NCBI RefSeq assembly: GCF_009834535.1 | Contig: NC_045696.1 | Coordinates: 81,718,001-81,782,000, forward strand | Direction of reading: 5' to 3' | Source of the DNA: Camelus ferus | Lineage: Eukaryota | Length of the DNA stretch: 64,000 nucleotides | In this document: piece by piece, positions 13,285 to 26,465 of the stretch | How positions within the stretch are numbered: the stretch's first letter is position 1 | Layout: each line of letters begins with the position of its first letter | Program-made: the position numbers and the translations under genes | Notes under the pieces: generated by a model | What the model was told of the DNA's origin: nothing | Seen by the model: the letters and a program-made list of their open reading frames with translations, nothing else | The model's database searches: none

Positions 13285-14249
13285 AACAATTGTTTTTATC
13301 CATTCAAAAAATATGGTCCAGGAATTGAGCATGGCTGAAAAGATAGTGAAAGGGAATTTCAGTCTCAATGGGCCAGATGCTTAAGGGGGATAATTTCACT
13401 CAAAGTAATGTTAACTGTTGAAATCAAAAGAGAAATCATAAGAAGAAAAAGAAGGAGGAGGAGAAGCATATACGAGTGCTCCAAGCCAAATGAGTCACAA
13501 GCAGGTATTGAAGTCAGAGTTACAGATTCAAAGTGAGTAAGATGGAAGCAAGAGCAGGCATAAGTGAACATCATTATCTTTGAACATGGAGGCATAAAGG
13601 AGAGTCCAAGTCATACTCCATTTGTGGATGTCATCTATCTAGATAGTTTAAGAGAAACTGAATGCAAATACATCTTAGTGTAATTTTTCCAGGAAAAAAA
13701 TTCACAAATAACCCCTGGCATAAACACAACTTCTTACCAAAGCACTAAGTCATTTCTACTATCACTAAGTAGCCCCAGACATACTTTAGCAGCAGTTCAA
13801 ATTTAATATGACTTAAGATATTTTAAGAACTATTCACTTAGTTTTGCAACAGCACAGAAGTGCTCTCCTTTAAAATGATGCACTTTTCCATGAAAAATTG
13901 GTACTGAAGTATTAAAAGAATCATGAACTCTAATGCAGATTGTTTCAGAGTGAAGCAATATGGAGAAGAAATTCTACTCTTTTAAAATTTTTTTTTGAAA
14001 ATTCAGAGTCTATCATGAATGCTCTGAATTTTCAACTATTCATCTGAGAAATAAACAAAAAGCATGATAACTTAATTTATTAGAATTTTATTTCATTAAA
14101 AAATCTCCATTGAAAGAGAAAAAATTTTTGCATGGGCATATGGAAGCTTTGACAGGTCATCCATTTGAGTGACCATAACTTGCCATAGTGATATCAACTC
14201 TATTAACATATTATTATACACTGATGATTGGAGATGATCCTTTGAATAA

Positions 14250-14700
14250 TGTGTTCTACTACTAGTAACAAATACTTAAAATATGAATGGCTTAAAAGAT
14301 TTATCAGTTAATTTTTCTGTCACATAAAAAAATGCTCAGCTCTAGGTAGGAAGTCTGAGGTTGAACTGGCAATTCTACAGTCATAAAGGAAACAGAGTCC
14401 TCCAATCTTTCTGTTCCATCATCCCTACACATAGTCTCCATTCTCAAGATCACCTCCTGGTCCAGAATGGCTGTCTGGGCACTAATGATTACATCCTGAT
14501 TCAAAGTAGAGAGCAACGTAAAACAGAGAAAGACAAGAAAGTCACATATCAATTGTCAGTTCACCTTTCAAGGAGATTTTCCAAAGGCCTTAGTGGCAGA
14601 ATAGACTGAGTATAGACTTTAATGGCAATTTTCCAACCAGAACAAAAAGAATGTATTGTTACTAAGGAAATAGAAAATGGATATCAAGTATGTGAGTAGC
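14250..14700 (-). mobile_element. Old MaLR LTR (MLT1J-like)
   Basis: gtaacaaa...aatggcttaaaag, tctttctgttccatcatcc, tcctggtccagaatggctg. Confidence 0.55.
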
Positions 14701-16599
14701 CCCTGTTATCTGGATAAGGGAAATAGAGCTCAAAGTGTGTAGCTGGCTTGCCCAATCTCATACAGCTGGTGAGGACAGATTTCTAGACTGGTGTCTGGGC
14801 ATCCATTCTTTTCTTTCTTCTATTCTCTTAACAAAACCCTGATTTTCTGCAGGTATCCATTCCTCCCATACATGGTACCCTTGTATTGACAGAAGCCTTC
14901 CACACATTTAGCCCCAGAGATGGGCTTGATTCATTTAAAGGCCATCTCATCTTCCTTGCTATAATTGGCTCCATACTAGTCACATGATGTCAACTGGGCT
15001 AATTAGATGCAAAGGAAGTTTTCTCATGGCTTCCTGAAAAGCCATTGCTTGACCTTCTGGAACAGGTCCCCAGAAGCAATACTTTTTCTCCCTTTTTAAT
15101 TTTCTCGTAAGTAGATATACGATCTAATTCTAGGACAACTCCTCAATATCAGCATGAAGCTACCATGCAGTGATGACAGATAAAGAAAACATCAGGAAAA
15201 TAAAGAGTAAATGTATTAAGTTATATAAATTTTACCTACCTTTGGATTATAGGTAGATTCCCTTTTTATTCACAATGATTTGAGTTTGGTGGTTCTGGTT
15301 GTCAGTTTGTCAGACACATCTGACATTGGTCCCTACTTGTTTGCCTGCATGATCCGAAAAGATTTTTTTCTTTCTATAATGAGAGCCATACTATTAACTT
15401 CTTAGGGCCAGACAGTACTTTGAAAATAACATACAAATGGCCATATGAGTAATAATAAGTTTTTCCTGGATTTAGGCTAACCCTAAGGATACTTCCATAT
15501 TTAGCTATTCACCACAGTAACTATAATTAAAATTTCCTTTTTTTCCTGCTTTTGCAGAAATCCATCTTTGCATTCTCTATTGAAGCTTGGTGTCATAGTA
15601 AGGGTCACAGCATGTCTTCTCTACCTCAACAATCATGTCAGCTTTGCTGCTTGACACAGATCATGCATCTTTTGACTTTCCATTGCTTAAGTCTGAATAC
15701 ATTCCTCATTGTGTCTGATCTCCAGCTTCTATAACATGTCAGCTGTCTCCTTAAATGTTACTTGCTGGTGCATATTTAAGGTAGCAGTCTAATCAGCTGA
15801 AATTGATGCTGCTACATTTTTTCCTGGGGGAGTTTCCATCACAAATACTATTGCAGCTTGAGTGAACATGCCGGTGACTAAAGTCCACCAACAGGTTAAC
15901 GTCTCTCAATGCTGGCTTTTTAGAATTGTATGCAAGCCATCTTTACTGATGGCTATTTACACATTCAGCAGAGTTTGTTGATCCCATGCTTATCATAATT
16001 AGACATTTTAAAGCTTTTTTGTTGTTGTGCTAAATATTTTTATGATTAATAGTTAAATAAGGAACAGACCATTAGAGGGTATAAGCAGATGTGTCAACAA
16101 ATGCATAAATATTGATTAGAGTATTATTAATGAATTTTAGCCAATTGATAGACATTTGCTATAACAGTATATACATAAATAGATAACAATCTCTATAATT
16201 GAAGTTATTCATTTATATCAAGATTGAAGAAAGCAATTAATGTAATATTTACTAATAAGGGAAGGTAGCAAATTTGCTCAAAATGAACCTTTTCACATTT
16301 CAGTTATCAATACAACTTGCTATAGTCGTAACTGCCTATCCAAAATAAGGTACTTGAATCTCAGAAATACTGATGAGTTATACATTTGGAGTTTGTTCCT
16401 TACTCAATGGCTTTACACAGCAATTGTTTTTATAAAGGTAAATGTCTTACTTGAAACTAAAAATAGTAAATTTAGGCAGTAACTGTTAATAAATTTGCTA
16501 CGAGCTGTTTCCAGTTTTCTAACTGTAGCCTAATTAAGTTCTTTATTAAAAACATACACTACCTAGTACACATTAAAATAGAAGCATAAAGTATTAAAA

Positions 16600-16740
16600 T
16601 CTAAATGCATCTCAGCAATCATTTAGTGCAATTCCCTTATTTTACAGATAAAGAAGTTGAAACAAGGAAGGTTAAGTGATTTGCTCAAGGGTTTAGATCC
16701 TACACCTCCTAATTCTTAGCCTGTGATCTTTCTATTAGCC
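16600..16740 (-). mobile_element. MIR SINE
   Basis: cccttattttacagataaagaagttgaaacaaggaaggttaagtgatttgctcaagg. Confidence 0.7.
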
Positions 16741-18439
16741 CACAGTATTGGGTAATTATTACTGTTTATAGATGTTTACAGTCATCCTTAAACATGAACT
16801 TCTATTCATTTGCACAATTACAACTTTTATTAGAGTACGAAGTCTACGTGGAATTCCCAAATGGATTGAGATTTCTGCAGTATTTCCAGGCCAAGAAACA
16901 AAGTTCTCAGGTTCAACCTATAAAAATACCTAGTGATAAGATAGAGTTTGTGCCATGAATACAGATTTCAAAGAATTCAAACAGAACAAAATGCATCTGA
17001 CACTAAATCTATCTTGAATGTTACTCAATCCATGTCTGATGATTCAGAGGTACTAGCAAAGTCTTGAGAGTTGTCATTACAAATATTAACCAACACTGAA
17101 GTATCAATTCACAGATGTACTGGCCAGCATAAATTCCCAGCATATAAAGGCCAAAATTGATTTCCCAAATTTCTAAGAACCATTAAACTTTCTTGAATTT
17201 TGAAAATGAAGGATAGCTATTTTCTAAAAAGAAACCCTATAAACTTTTCAAAAGGTAAGAAGTAGGCATAAATGATGGCTACTTGTTTATATTTTATATT
17301 CAAATCACTCTGGTAATAGAAATTGACTTGGAAACAGAGAGCCAAGCATGCTAAGACATTTTAAGAAGTTCAGACATAACTGCCTGGTTTTAAATATCTT
17401 AGTGTTATCTCCAAATCATTTTTCCTAGTATTAAGAAAATTAAAGAGTTCTATTCAAAACATTTATGAACTTCTGAGGCTTAGAGACCTTCAGAGATAAG
17501 GTCCTCTTATTACTGTCTACTTACACATTTACCGATTACTGAAGGCAGCCAGAGGCGTTATTATTTAGTAAGTAGCTACTGTGTGACGGGCGCCATTTGG
17601 CACTGTATGCCACTAACTTGTAAACTTCCCCTCCAATACTATAGGTCTATATTATTATCTCCTTTATCATATGAGAAAGCTGAGGATCAAAGAGGTTAAT
17701 GTTTGGCTCAAGGTTACATGATAATTTGGTGTCTATCTGTTCCCAAACTGATGTTTTTTACCTCTGGATTTTCCAAGGGGAATACTAGTACATGCAGTAC
17801 GTTATACTGCAGAGCATAGTTTCTCCCCACATGACACTATCCTAGGACACTGAACATGTTTCTAAAAATAACTCTTTCCATCATAGAGGCATCCATCTGG
17901 TCTTTCTCCAGCTATTCCAAAGTCATTGTTTCCAGTTCTTAGCACCATGTATCTAAAAGCCACTGCTGCTGCTTTTTTTCCTGCAACTGGAGGTTTGGGA
18001 TAGAACCTTTTCCAAAGCAGATCTGCTGCCCTAAGTGATTGCTCTGAAATCTCTCTTCCTCATTAAATGATGCCAGCCACGAAAAAAATAGTAATGATTT
18101 ACATTTGGATTGTAAACTAGAAAATGCTACTAAATCCATGATCTTTTCTTTGATCACAATAACCTTGTAAGGTGAACAAGGTAAATATTCTCATTTATCC
18201 AATAAGAGAAGTTGAATTTCAGATATGAGATATGGGACTTGCCCCAAGTCAAAGAGATGGGATATGGCACCAATGAATTACAAATCCAGTGCTCTTTCTG
18301 TTATCCCCAGGCCCTTCCCATTATGGCCCATGTATGCCTGAAATACTTTGTAGAATAAAGATAAACAATATTTCCAAGGAGAGAGAGGTAAAGAGGGAGT
18401 GAGAGAGAATACAATAATACACTCCTACTCTAATGGGCT

Positions 18440-18955
18440 TTCTGGAAGTTGCCTCCCCCGTATCCAATTCCCATTTCTTGGTAGCCACCCAGTTCATTCA
18501 GCCCCCATATGATTGAGGGGAAGTAATCTCAAGTCTGGCTTCAGGGGTGGCATATTAATGGCATAATCCAAACATCTGGCTCTAACTTTTGATCAGAAAG
18601 GGGGCATATGACCTAATCCAGGCTGATGAGACTGGAGAGGGGTTTGCTGGGTGCTCATAGGAAAGAAAGGCATTCTCTCTTTCTGGATAGCATATGATTC
18701 AGATGTGAAGCCTCGAGCCCTGGTAGCCATTTTTACACCATGAAAGAACCTCTTTCTGATGACTGTGTTAAGCCACTGAATCAAACAAATCTTAAACACT
18801 ACCCTACATAGGATTGATCGATTGATCTATCCATCTTGTCCTAAAAAGGGTCTAAGGCAGACATAGGGTTATAAGAGTCATAAATTCCCTTTATTTTCAA
18901 GTCAGTTTGAGTTAGGCTTTCCTTTACTTGCAACTAAATGCATCTTCACAGATAC
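18440..18955 (+). mobile_element. Old MaLR LTR (MLT1K/J-like)
   Basis: gggcatatgacctaatcc, gtagccatttttacaccatgaa, aaattcccttattttcaagtcagtttgagtt-like 3' block ending tttacttgcaact. Confidence 0.55.
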
Positions 18956-19689
18956 ATGCATGCATACATTTATATATTCTTGGGTAAAAATGATTTACCC
19001 AGTGATCAGTGGCAGCTCCAACTAAGCCATTCCAATGCCACTTCTTTAGAACATAAATAACTACAAGCCTGGACCATTACCTTCTGTCACTTTTCAGACT
19101 GACAGCTGGCAGTAATTTGACAGTCTTATTCCTTCTCTTCCTTTGCTAATTTCTTATGGCACTAAAGTAAAAGGTAGTTTCACCAAGTCAAACTTAATTA
19201 GCACATTTAACATCTTCATTAAGAGTTTTTGAGTCCAGCAAGGTGACAGGTAGAGTTAAAGGGAGCTGGGAATCAGGTATGATATTTTGACAATTAATAA
19301 CAAGAAGACTGATGTTTGGTAGCTGAGGTCACTGGGTAATTAACTACAGTTGATAGCATCTCAGAGCTAATGAGATGGTATCTGGGGGAAAAACTTAATA
19401 ACATGTACAGCACTGAGCAAATGCAGAGTGGTGCTTTCAAGAACAAATTTAATCACTATTATCATTGTCAATATGGCGGTTCCTAGGGGCATATCAAATC
19501 AGGCAATGCATTTTTCATCTTTATTTAAAAATAACTTTAATGGGGTCAGATAAGAATCTCTAGGCACAAGACCATGAATACTATGAGATTTTTTTAGGGA
19601 TCTCATCACTTAAAACTGCATTTCCCCAAGAATGTTCTACTGAATAGTAATCTCAAGAAGAAAAGAATTCTGTGACCAATAAGTTTTAA

Positions 19690-20170
19690 TTTCCATTGTT
19701 TTCATCTACCTAGAACCTATTTCCTTTCTCCTAATAACAATGTCTTATCCCCACTCCCAATCCATGTGGCTTATGTGGTAGTAACCCCACCTCCCAGAAC
19801 CATGGAGGGCAGAGGGCATAGAACAGCCAATTATCACATTCCATTTCCCTGAACTTAGCTATTAACTAAGAAATGGGCAAATGACTTCAGCAGTCCAATG
19901 TCAGCCCTGGGACTTGTGCTGGAACTATTAGAAAAGAGATACTCTCCTTCTATTGGGGTTGTTAACCTGGTAAAATGTAGGTGTTGGGGTCACTGGTGGC
20001 TATTTGCCACCCTTGAGGAGAGCTTGGCTTAGGATGAAGCTAACTCGGAAACAAACAGAACTGAGAAATGGTAACAGACTCCCTTGTGATGTTCTCTCAG
20101 CTGTTCTCTCAGCACCTGGACCCAGCTGTACCTCAAGTCCCTAACTTTCCAGTTACATGAGCCTTCTATT
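19690..20170 (+). mobile_element. Old MaLR LTR (MLT1K/L-like)
   Basis: atgggcaaatgac, ccctgggacttgtgctggaactatt, tggtggctatttgccacc, actttccagttacatgagcc. Confidence 0.5.
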
Positions 20171-22415
20171 AGAAAGTCATTCACAGGGAAGACTGAAAAG
20201 GCCAGGTCACAGCCATGTTCTCCTTGCTGCCTACTCAAGGTCAGATCACAGCTAAGCTGGCCAAACTGCTGGACACAAATTTCTCCTCACCTCCACCTGG
20301 TCTTCATTCACACACATCATCCTAGGGTCCACATCCAAAAAAATTTCTTAGTTTTAAGTAACTCAGTTTTAGGCAGTTCTGTTTTTCCTCTTTTTGTTTA
20401 TCACAAAGGTCCAGCCTGGTCACTGTGCACAGCCGGCTCTTGGGAAATATCTATTTGATGTTGATTTAATGAATTTTCCACAGGGTGGATGTTCTGAAGT
20501 TCTCCTTGAAAACACGTGCATCAGATTCTACCACTAATTTGGTTATTCAGAGTTTATTTTGACTAATTCAGTCAACAAATGACTGCTATCTATGACCTTC
20601 CTGAACCCCATCTAGTCAGCACCCAACAAGTGTTAACCATTATAATTTTTATTTTTAAAAGTCTTCTGGTCTTCTTGACTGGGCTGAAATCATCCCCCCA
20701 AAAGACAGTTTTGTACATGCATCTTTCCCATTTTGTTCAAATAAACATCTCCTCCAATAACTGTCCTAAATCCAACCAAGTCTCATCAGGGGAGGTCTCA
20801 GGGCATAACAATTATTTCCACCTCTCACATCACAGAACGTTGCTCTCCCACCACACACACATAAACACAAGCTGTACAACTTGGGATTTCTTCATCTTGT
20901 AATTCACTTATCCTAGATTTAATTCTCAAAATATTTCATGGTATTCCCTTGACTAGATACACACCTCTCTCAAAGCCAGAGGTCACATCACCTTTTTGAG
21001 TAGGGCAAACATTCTATTGTTGCTCTCCTTCACATTGACCCATTATCTTTTGTTTTACGAGGATTCCTAACCAGCCAAAAGCATTGGCGTGTGTGAGATG
21101 GTCCAAGTTTTATGCAGAGTTCATTTACTAAAGATTCAGGCATGTTCAAGCCACTTATAGAATTCAAAGGAGATGGGTACTTGCTCGTTAAACCAGCCAT
21201 TGTCAGCATCTGTTCTGGACAAAACAATTAAAGTTTTTAAGCTATTGTGAGATGGGATTATTTGCTTCATTTCCCATTATAGCTTAAAGTACTTGTTCTG
21301 ATGATACATTAATTGGTACAAATGTTTCCTAGACTAAACCTAGTGAAAAGAACAGCAGCAGACTCAGCCAGGGTAGGGGGCTTGAGATGTGGGGAGTGGG
21401 AGGAAAGATGTCGCCACTGTCCTGCAGGGCCATCATCATCTGCATCACCGTATCTTCACATCAGAAGGTAGAGATCACAGAGGACAGAAGGAAAAGCTCA
21501 AGACTGGAAACAGACCTCACGGATGAAGCAAACCTATGCAATTACTTGTCAGAAGAAAGGATAAAAGGAGCCATTCTTATTTCTCATAACAGCATTTTTA
21601 TAGTTTAGATCAGTGCCTCCTATTTAATCCATTTTAATAGACTCTCAAGCCTCTATTGAACATGGATATATAAACATAGATCAAAACAAGGAAAAAAATC
21701 AGTGTATATCTCCTGTGCAATAAGACCGGGCTTGGCGAGATAATTAAAAGTGGGGCCTGTAGGGTCAGAACCAGTTGGTTCAGGACCTGATCCAAGAGGC
21801 TGAGTCATGTTTCAAGATCTGGAAGTTCACTGGCAGTTGCTCCAAATCACTTGGAGAAGGTGTCCCAAACCAAGCTGAACACAGAGCCAACAGCCAGTGA
21901 CCAGAGTGATCAGCCAATCTGAAGGCAGAGGGCTAACAAGAAGTGGGATGACTGAATCCTCCAAGAAAGACATATGGATTCTTGCCTTGAATCATCTTAA
22001 AGGCACTCCTAGTACCTGACATAGACAATGAGACAAAAAAACCTTAATGCAAAGATAATTAAACACTATAACATTCTGTGGAAGAAAGGGGAGGGAGCAG
22101 CCAGTAAACTCTCCCTCCCTGGGGATTCTGAAAACAGACATCTGTGGTTGAGGATTTAGGCCTTCCTCAGCTGGGACCAGGACGAGACAGAAACTGGAGC
22201 TTCATTCCCTTTTCCAAATTGTCTCATCACTTTCATCTGATGCACTGGGAACGCTTTATAGAGTCTTTGGTCTTCTTAAGAGCTTTAAGAAATGAGTAAA
22301 TGGAATGAAATAGTCTCATTTTCTAAAAGTCATTGAATTAAACAGGAGAAAGCTTATACACAGCAGGTGAATACATAAATTTAAAAGGCTGACAATAAAA
22401 TAATCACTGTTTTAC

Positions 22416-22800
22416 CTGATGGATGCTTCCTCAGAGGGTAGTGATTTGCCTGCCCATCTCATGAAGGGAATCTGCTGTGGACATAATTGGCCCACCACCA
22501 GTATAATCCGTCCTCCACTTGATGGCAATAGCATGGGCTGCTGAGACAGGAGTAAGCTAACAATCCCATTAGTGTGAGCACCATTCCTCTCCCTCCAATT
22601 TCTCTCTGGTGCTTATTGACATTTTGTTCTGTATTCAAAGCTGCTGCTGTGGCGGCTGCCTCCACAACCACTGCTTCTGTTAGCAGTGTGGCCTTTCCTA
22701 TATCAGCAAGGGGGCTAAAAAGACCACCCGAGGCCCACAGCCATCTCTATGTTGCCTGTTGTTGTAATGGGTAATCGGGTGGTGGCAATGGCAACAAAAT
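22416..22800 (-). other. Candidate non-coding or alternative first exon (minus strand)
   Basis: Unique sequence; minus donor CAG|GTAAAA after 22416; RFX X-box-like GTTGCCATTGCCAC at 22782-22795 at the far end. Confidence 0.3.
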
Positions 22801-23099
22801 GAAGCCTGCTACTGTCTCAGGCCCAGGAACCCTGCCACTGGGCCCAGAGACTCTTCATCCAGCATCACCTGTTCCCCTTCTCAGTGCTGCATAGGGTACG
22901 GCTGCTCACCAGGACCATTCCCCAGCAGCTCACAGGACAACCCCATGACTCCTGGCACACTGAGCTGAGTGTAGGGGAGAGCTCTTAGGAGAAATCTGCT
23001 CCCATTCCCTCATTTTTCTGAAGAACAAATGGAAGCTCAGAACAAGAAACTGCCATGGCTAAACTCACTCAGGTAGGTGAAGGCATCTTCTTGTTACCA

Positions 23100-23330
23100 A
23101 TAACAGTAAGACTAGCCTTTATATTGAGCAACTACCTGAGCTGGGCCCTTTGTATATGTTGTTTCCAGTCTTCACCACAACTCTGCAGTTAGGAACTGTT
23201 ATCCCCTTCTACAGACTGGAATACTAAGTGTCAGAGAACTTGAATGATTTACCAAATACCACATCACTAATAAGTAGTTTCGTGTGGATACAAGCCTAGG
23301 TCTATGTGACTCCAGAGTCCCTGCTCCCTC
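23100..23330 (-). mobile_element. MIR SINE
   Basis: tatattgagca ... ttatccccttctacagactggaatactaagtgtcagagaa ... tctatgtgactccagagtcc. Confidence 0.7.
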
Positions 23331-23876
23331 TCACCTTGACCTCGCCAGTATATGGGACAGTTCTAGCCCCCATCTCCTTTAGGCTCCAGAGCAAGACTCT
23401 CCCACACTCAAACTGACCTTATATCCTCCCCTCAGTGGTTTCAGAAGAAGCTTGGTCTCCCAGGAAGACTGTATAATCCCACGTAGTGGATTCAGGACAT
23501 TATGGAATCAGGACATTTCAGCTGTTGGCACACATCTGCCATAGCAAAGCCAAGTCTTAGGAATTCCAGTGTCAGTGTAAACAAGTAGTCTATTCTTCAG
23601 GACCAATCCTGCCTTGCTTTGTAAGAGTGACTTTCTTAGACTTCCTGGGAAAGATTCTAGGCTTACAGTCTGGCACTGATCCTGGTTTACCCTTTGTGTT
23701 GACCTTGACAAGTTATATAAGCCCTCTGAGCCTCTGTTTCCTGGAGTGTAAAACAGGCCAGTAATAACCTGAATGTTATAAGGACAAAATTATATAAATA
23801 TTCTAATACAGGGCCTAATGTTTAGTAGGCCCTCAAGAAATGGTTATTTCCTCTCCTTTCCCTTGCCTCTGTTCTT

Positions 23877-24079
23877 CTCTGCCCCTCTCCCCCAGGCTCC
23901 ATCTCTGCCCCTCTCCCCCAGGCTCCATCTCTGCCCCTCTCCCCCAGGCTCCACCTCTGCCCCTCTCCCCCAGGCTCCATCTCTGCCTCTCTCTCCCCCA
24001 GGCTCCATCTCTGCCTCTCTCTCCCCCAGGCTCCATCTCTGCCCCCCTCTCCCCTAGGCTCCATCTCTGCCTCTCTCCC
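23877..24079. repeat. Minisatellite, 26/28-bp unit CTCTGCC(CC/TC)CTCTCCCCCAGGCTCCAT, about 7.5 copies
   Basis: Four 26-nt units (23877-23980), three 28-nt units (23981-24064) and one partial unit. Confidence 0.95.
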
Positions 24080-24399
24080 ACCCACTTTCCCTGACTGGGC
24101 CTGTCTCTTTCGATGCTTCTGCTATCACCAAAGTTTCCTGGCATCCTGCGTCCCCTCTGCCGCTATACTGCCTTTTCCTTCTGTATGATACAGAAGGACG
24201 GGTAGGTCCGAGGGAAAGAAGCTAACAGTGGCCCCACTGGCCTGGGGACATTGGATATGGGAGATCCTGAGAAGAGAGAAAAGATCGAGATAACAGAATC
24301 AAAGATTATTAGTGATAGAAAAACTATATATTTGGTAAGGACTTTCAGCGTTCACTGTGTCTGATTCGACTCTTATTCCAGGCAGATGGAAGTATTCTT

Positions 24400-24710
24400 C
24401 TTCACCCACTGCCTGTAACTGCAGTTGAGTGGGGCCATGTTCTGGCCAATGGGTCACGGGCAATAGTGGTATGCATCACTTCCAAGCCAGATCATTTGGT
24501 TGCTGGTGCAAGGTCCTCCAGCTTTGGTCCTGCCCACCAAGGTCAACTCTGAAGTATCATGTTTAGATGGGGCACCATAAGATGGTATAAAGTGACTCAC
24601 ACTTTATGGAGCAGAACCCACAGTGACCCACAGTGGAGACGTAATGTGAACAATACGTATTGTTATTTTAAGCTACTAAGAGTTTGAGCATGTCTGTTAC
24701 CACAGAATAC
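24400..24710 (+). mobile_element. MaLR LTR remnant (MLT1H/I-like)
   Basis: tgcagttgagtggggccatg, ttctggccaatgg, tgttattttaagctactaagagtttg...tgttaccacag. Confidence 0.55.
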
Positions 24711-24987
24711 AGTGGTTCAAACCCTGGCTTTCCTGCCACAGCCTCTTGAAAGAGTGTTTTTTTGGAGCCCAAGTAGCAAGTCAGTGACCATACAGATCTT
24801 TTGGAAAAGAACACTGGACTGAGAAACGAGAAGCCTGTGAAATGAGTTTGAGACCTGGCTCATCTAGCAGTTAACGATAGGACATTAGGTTATTTACAGC
24901 CTCCAAGTCCTCACTCTTCCCATCTATAAAATAAGAGTTGGCATACCCCCAAAATGTGGGACACACACCATTACTGGCACTTTAGAT

Positions 24988-25152
24988 CCTTGGTTTTCAA
25001 GATTGGCCCAAGAACCAGCAGCGCCAGCAGCACTGAGATTGTGTTAGAAATTCAAGTCCTTGGGTTTCACCCCAGACCTACTGAATCCAATTCTGTACTT
25101 GTAACAAGATCCCAAGAAAATGCCTATCCCTGTTAAAATTAGGAGAAATACT
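24988..25152. mobile_element. MER5A (hAT-Charlie MITE)
   Basis: accagcagc...tgttagaaattcaagtcc...ccccagacctactgaatc...taacaagatccc. Confidence 0.75.
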
Positions 25153-26289
25153 GACAGTGCTAGGACTCAGCACTAAGTGACTTATAATCACACAGTGAGA
25201 GAGCCATCCTTTTCCACTTGTCTTTCAATGTTTCTGATTACTTCATGGAGAAAGTCTCAGGTTGAGGCCAATGTGTCTTTAACACCTCTTTAACAGTTGC
25301 TAATATTCTTTTTTAACAAAGAGAAAGCAAGCCTCAAGTTCCTGGACAGGCAATAGTATTTAGCTTGACTATAATAGCATTGTTTTATTTTCATTGTGTT
25401 TATTTAAGTGATTATCTCATATTTATGGCAATCTGATGCCAGTTTTCTATTTAAAGTAGTGATAGACACATCTTTAAAATAAATTAAGTGGAAAAGTGAA
25501 CATATTTAAAGAAAATGCATAATAAATGGGAAGAAGTATTTGTTAACGTCTCCTTCCAAACTCCATTGGTTTGACACTCCTGACTTCTTTCCACAGCTTC
25601 ATCATTAAGGAACTTTATTCCCGCTGCTCGGGGTTGGGGTGAGGAGAGTGCTGTACCTCAATGTGAATTTGGGAGGAATGAAATGAACATGCTCAGGTCA
25701 GCATCCCCCTTCTTCCTCTTGGAATTTAGATACCCAGAGAATAATTACTCATAGATAATTGGCTTATAAAATTCCAGTCCAATTGGTAGAATCCTAGCAT
25801 TGTGTTGTTTATTTAATATATCTTTCTTGTGGGCCTATGAATGCTGGGTTCTGGTTCTGTGTCCTTTCCTCTCCTTTTGTTGCCCAGAAGCCACCTCTCC
25901 CTCTGGAAGGATCTTGACCAGCCTCTGGCCAGGTTGTTGCAGTGTTTCTGGTTTCTCAGTTTCTGACTCTGTTTAGAGGAAAAAAGTCAGGGCCCTGATG
26001 AGCCTGGGATCCTTCTAGAAGAAAGCGTCAGGTATCCATCATCATGAATCATGAGATAAAAACAGCTGATTGTCGTTAATGCGTGTGGCCAATCTCTTTG
26101 TGGCCTAACTATCATCCATGTGGGTCAGTTATGGAGGATTTTAGTGATTACCCTGCTAATGACATAGACTTTTGGCAAAAGGCCTTAGGTAAGAGGTCAC
26201 TGCTCCTTCCTTGGAAAGTAGTAACTTTTGGGCCCCTGGCATTTGTTTCTGTCAGTTCTGCACCACTCAACCAAACTGGTGCCCTTTGC

Positions 26290-26465
26290 TCCTTGTTATA
26301 TCACTCTATTTTGTTTTCATCATGGTACTTATCTCTACTTCTTTGTTTACCTGATTAGGGTCTGACTCAATCCACTAGACTGTAAGCTCAAGGGAGAGCA
26401 GGAACCATTCCTGTGTGGTTTGTGGCTGTATCTCAAGTGTCTAGAACATGTTGAATAAGTGAATC
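26290..26465 (+). mobile_element. L2 3' end
   Basis: ccactagactgtaagctcaagggagagcagg ... gtgtctagaaca ... ttgaataagtgaat. Confidence 0.7.

Noticed and set aside
23818..24144. Four overlapping repetitive ORFs and a superficial CRISPR-like periodicity
   Set aside because: All arise from the head-to-tail minisatellite. There are no unique spacers or cas genes, and the context is mammalian.
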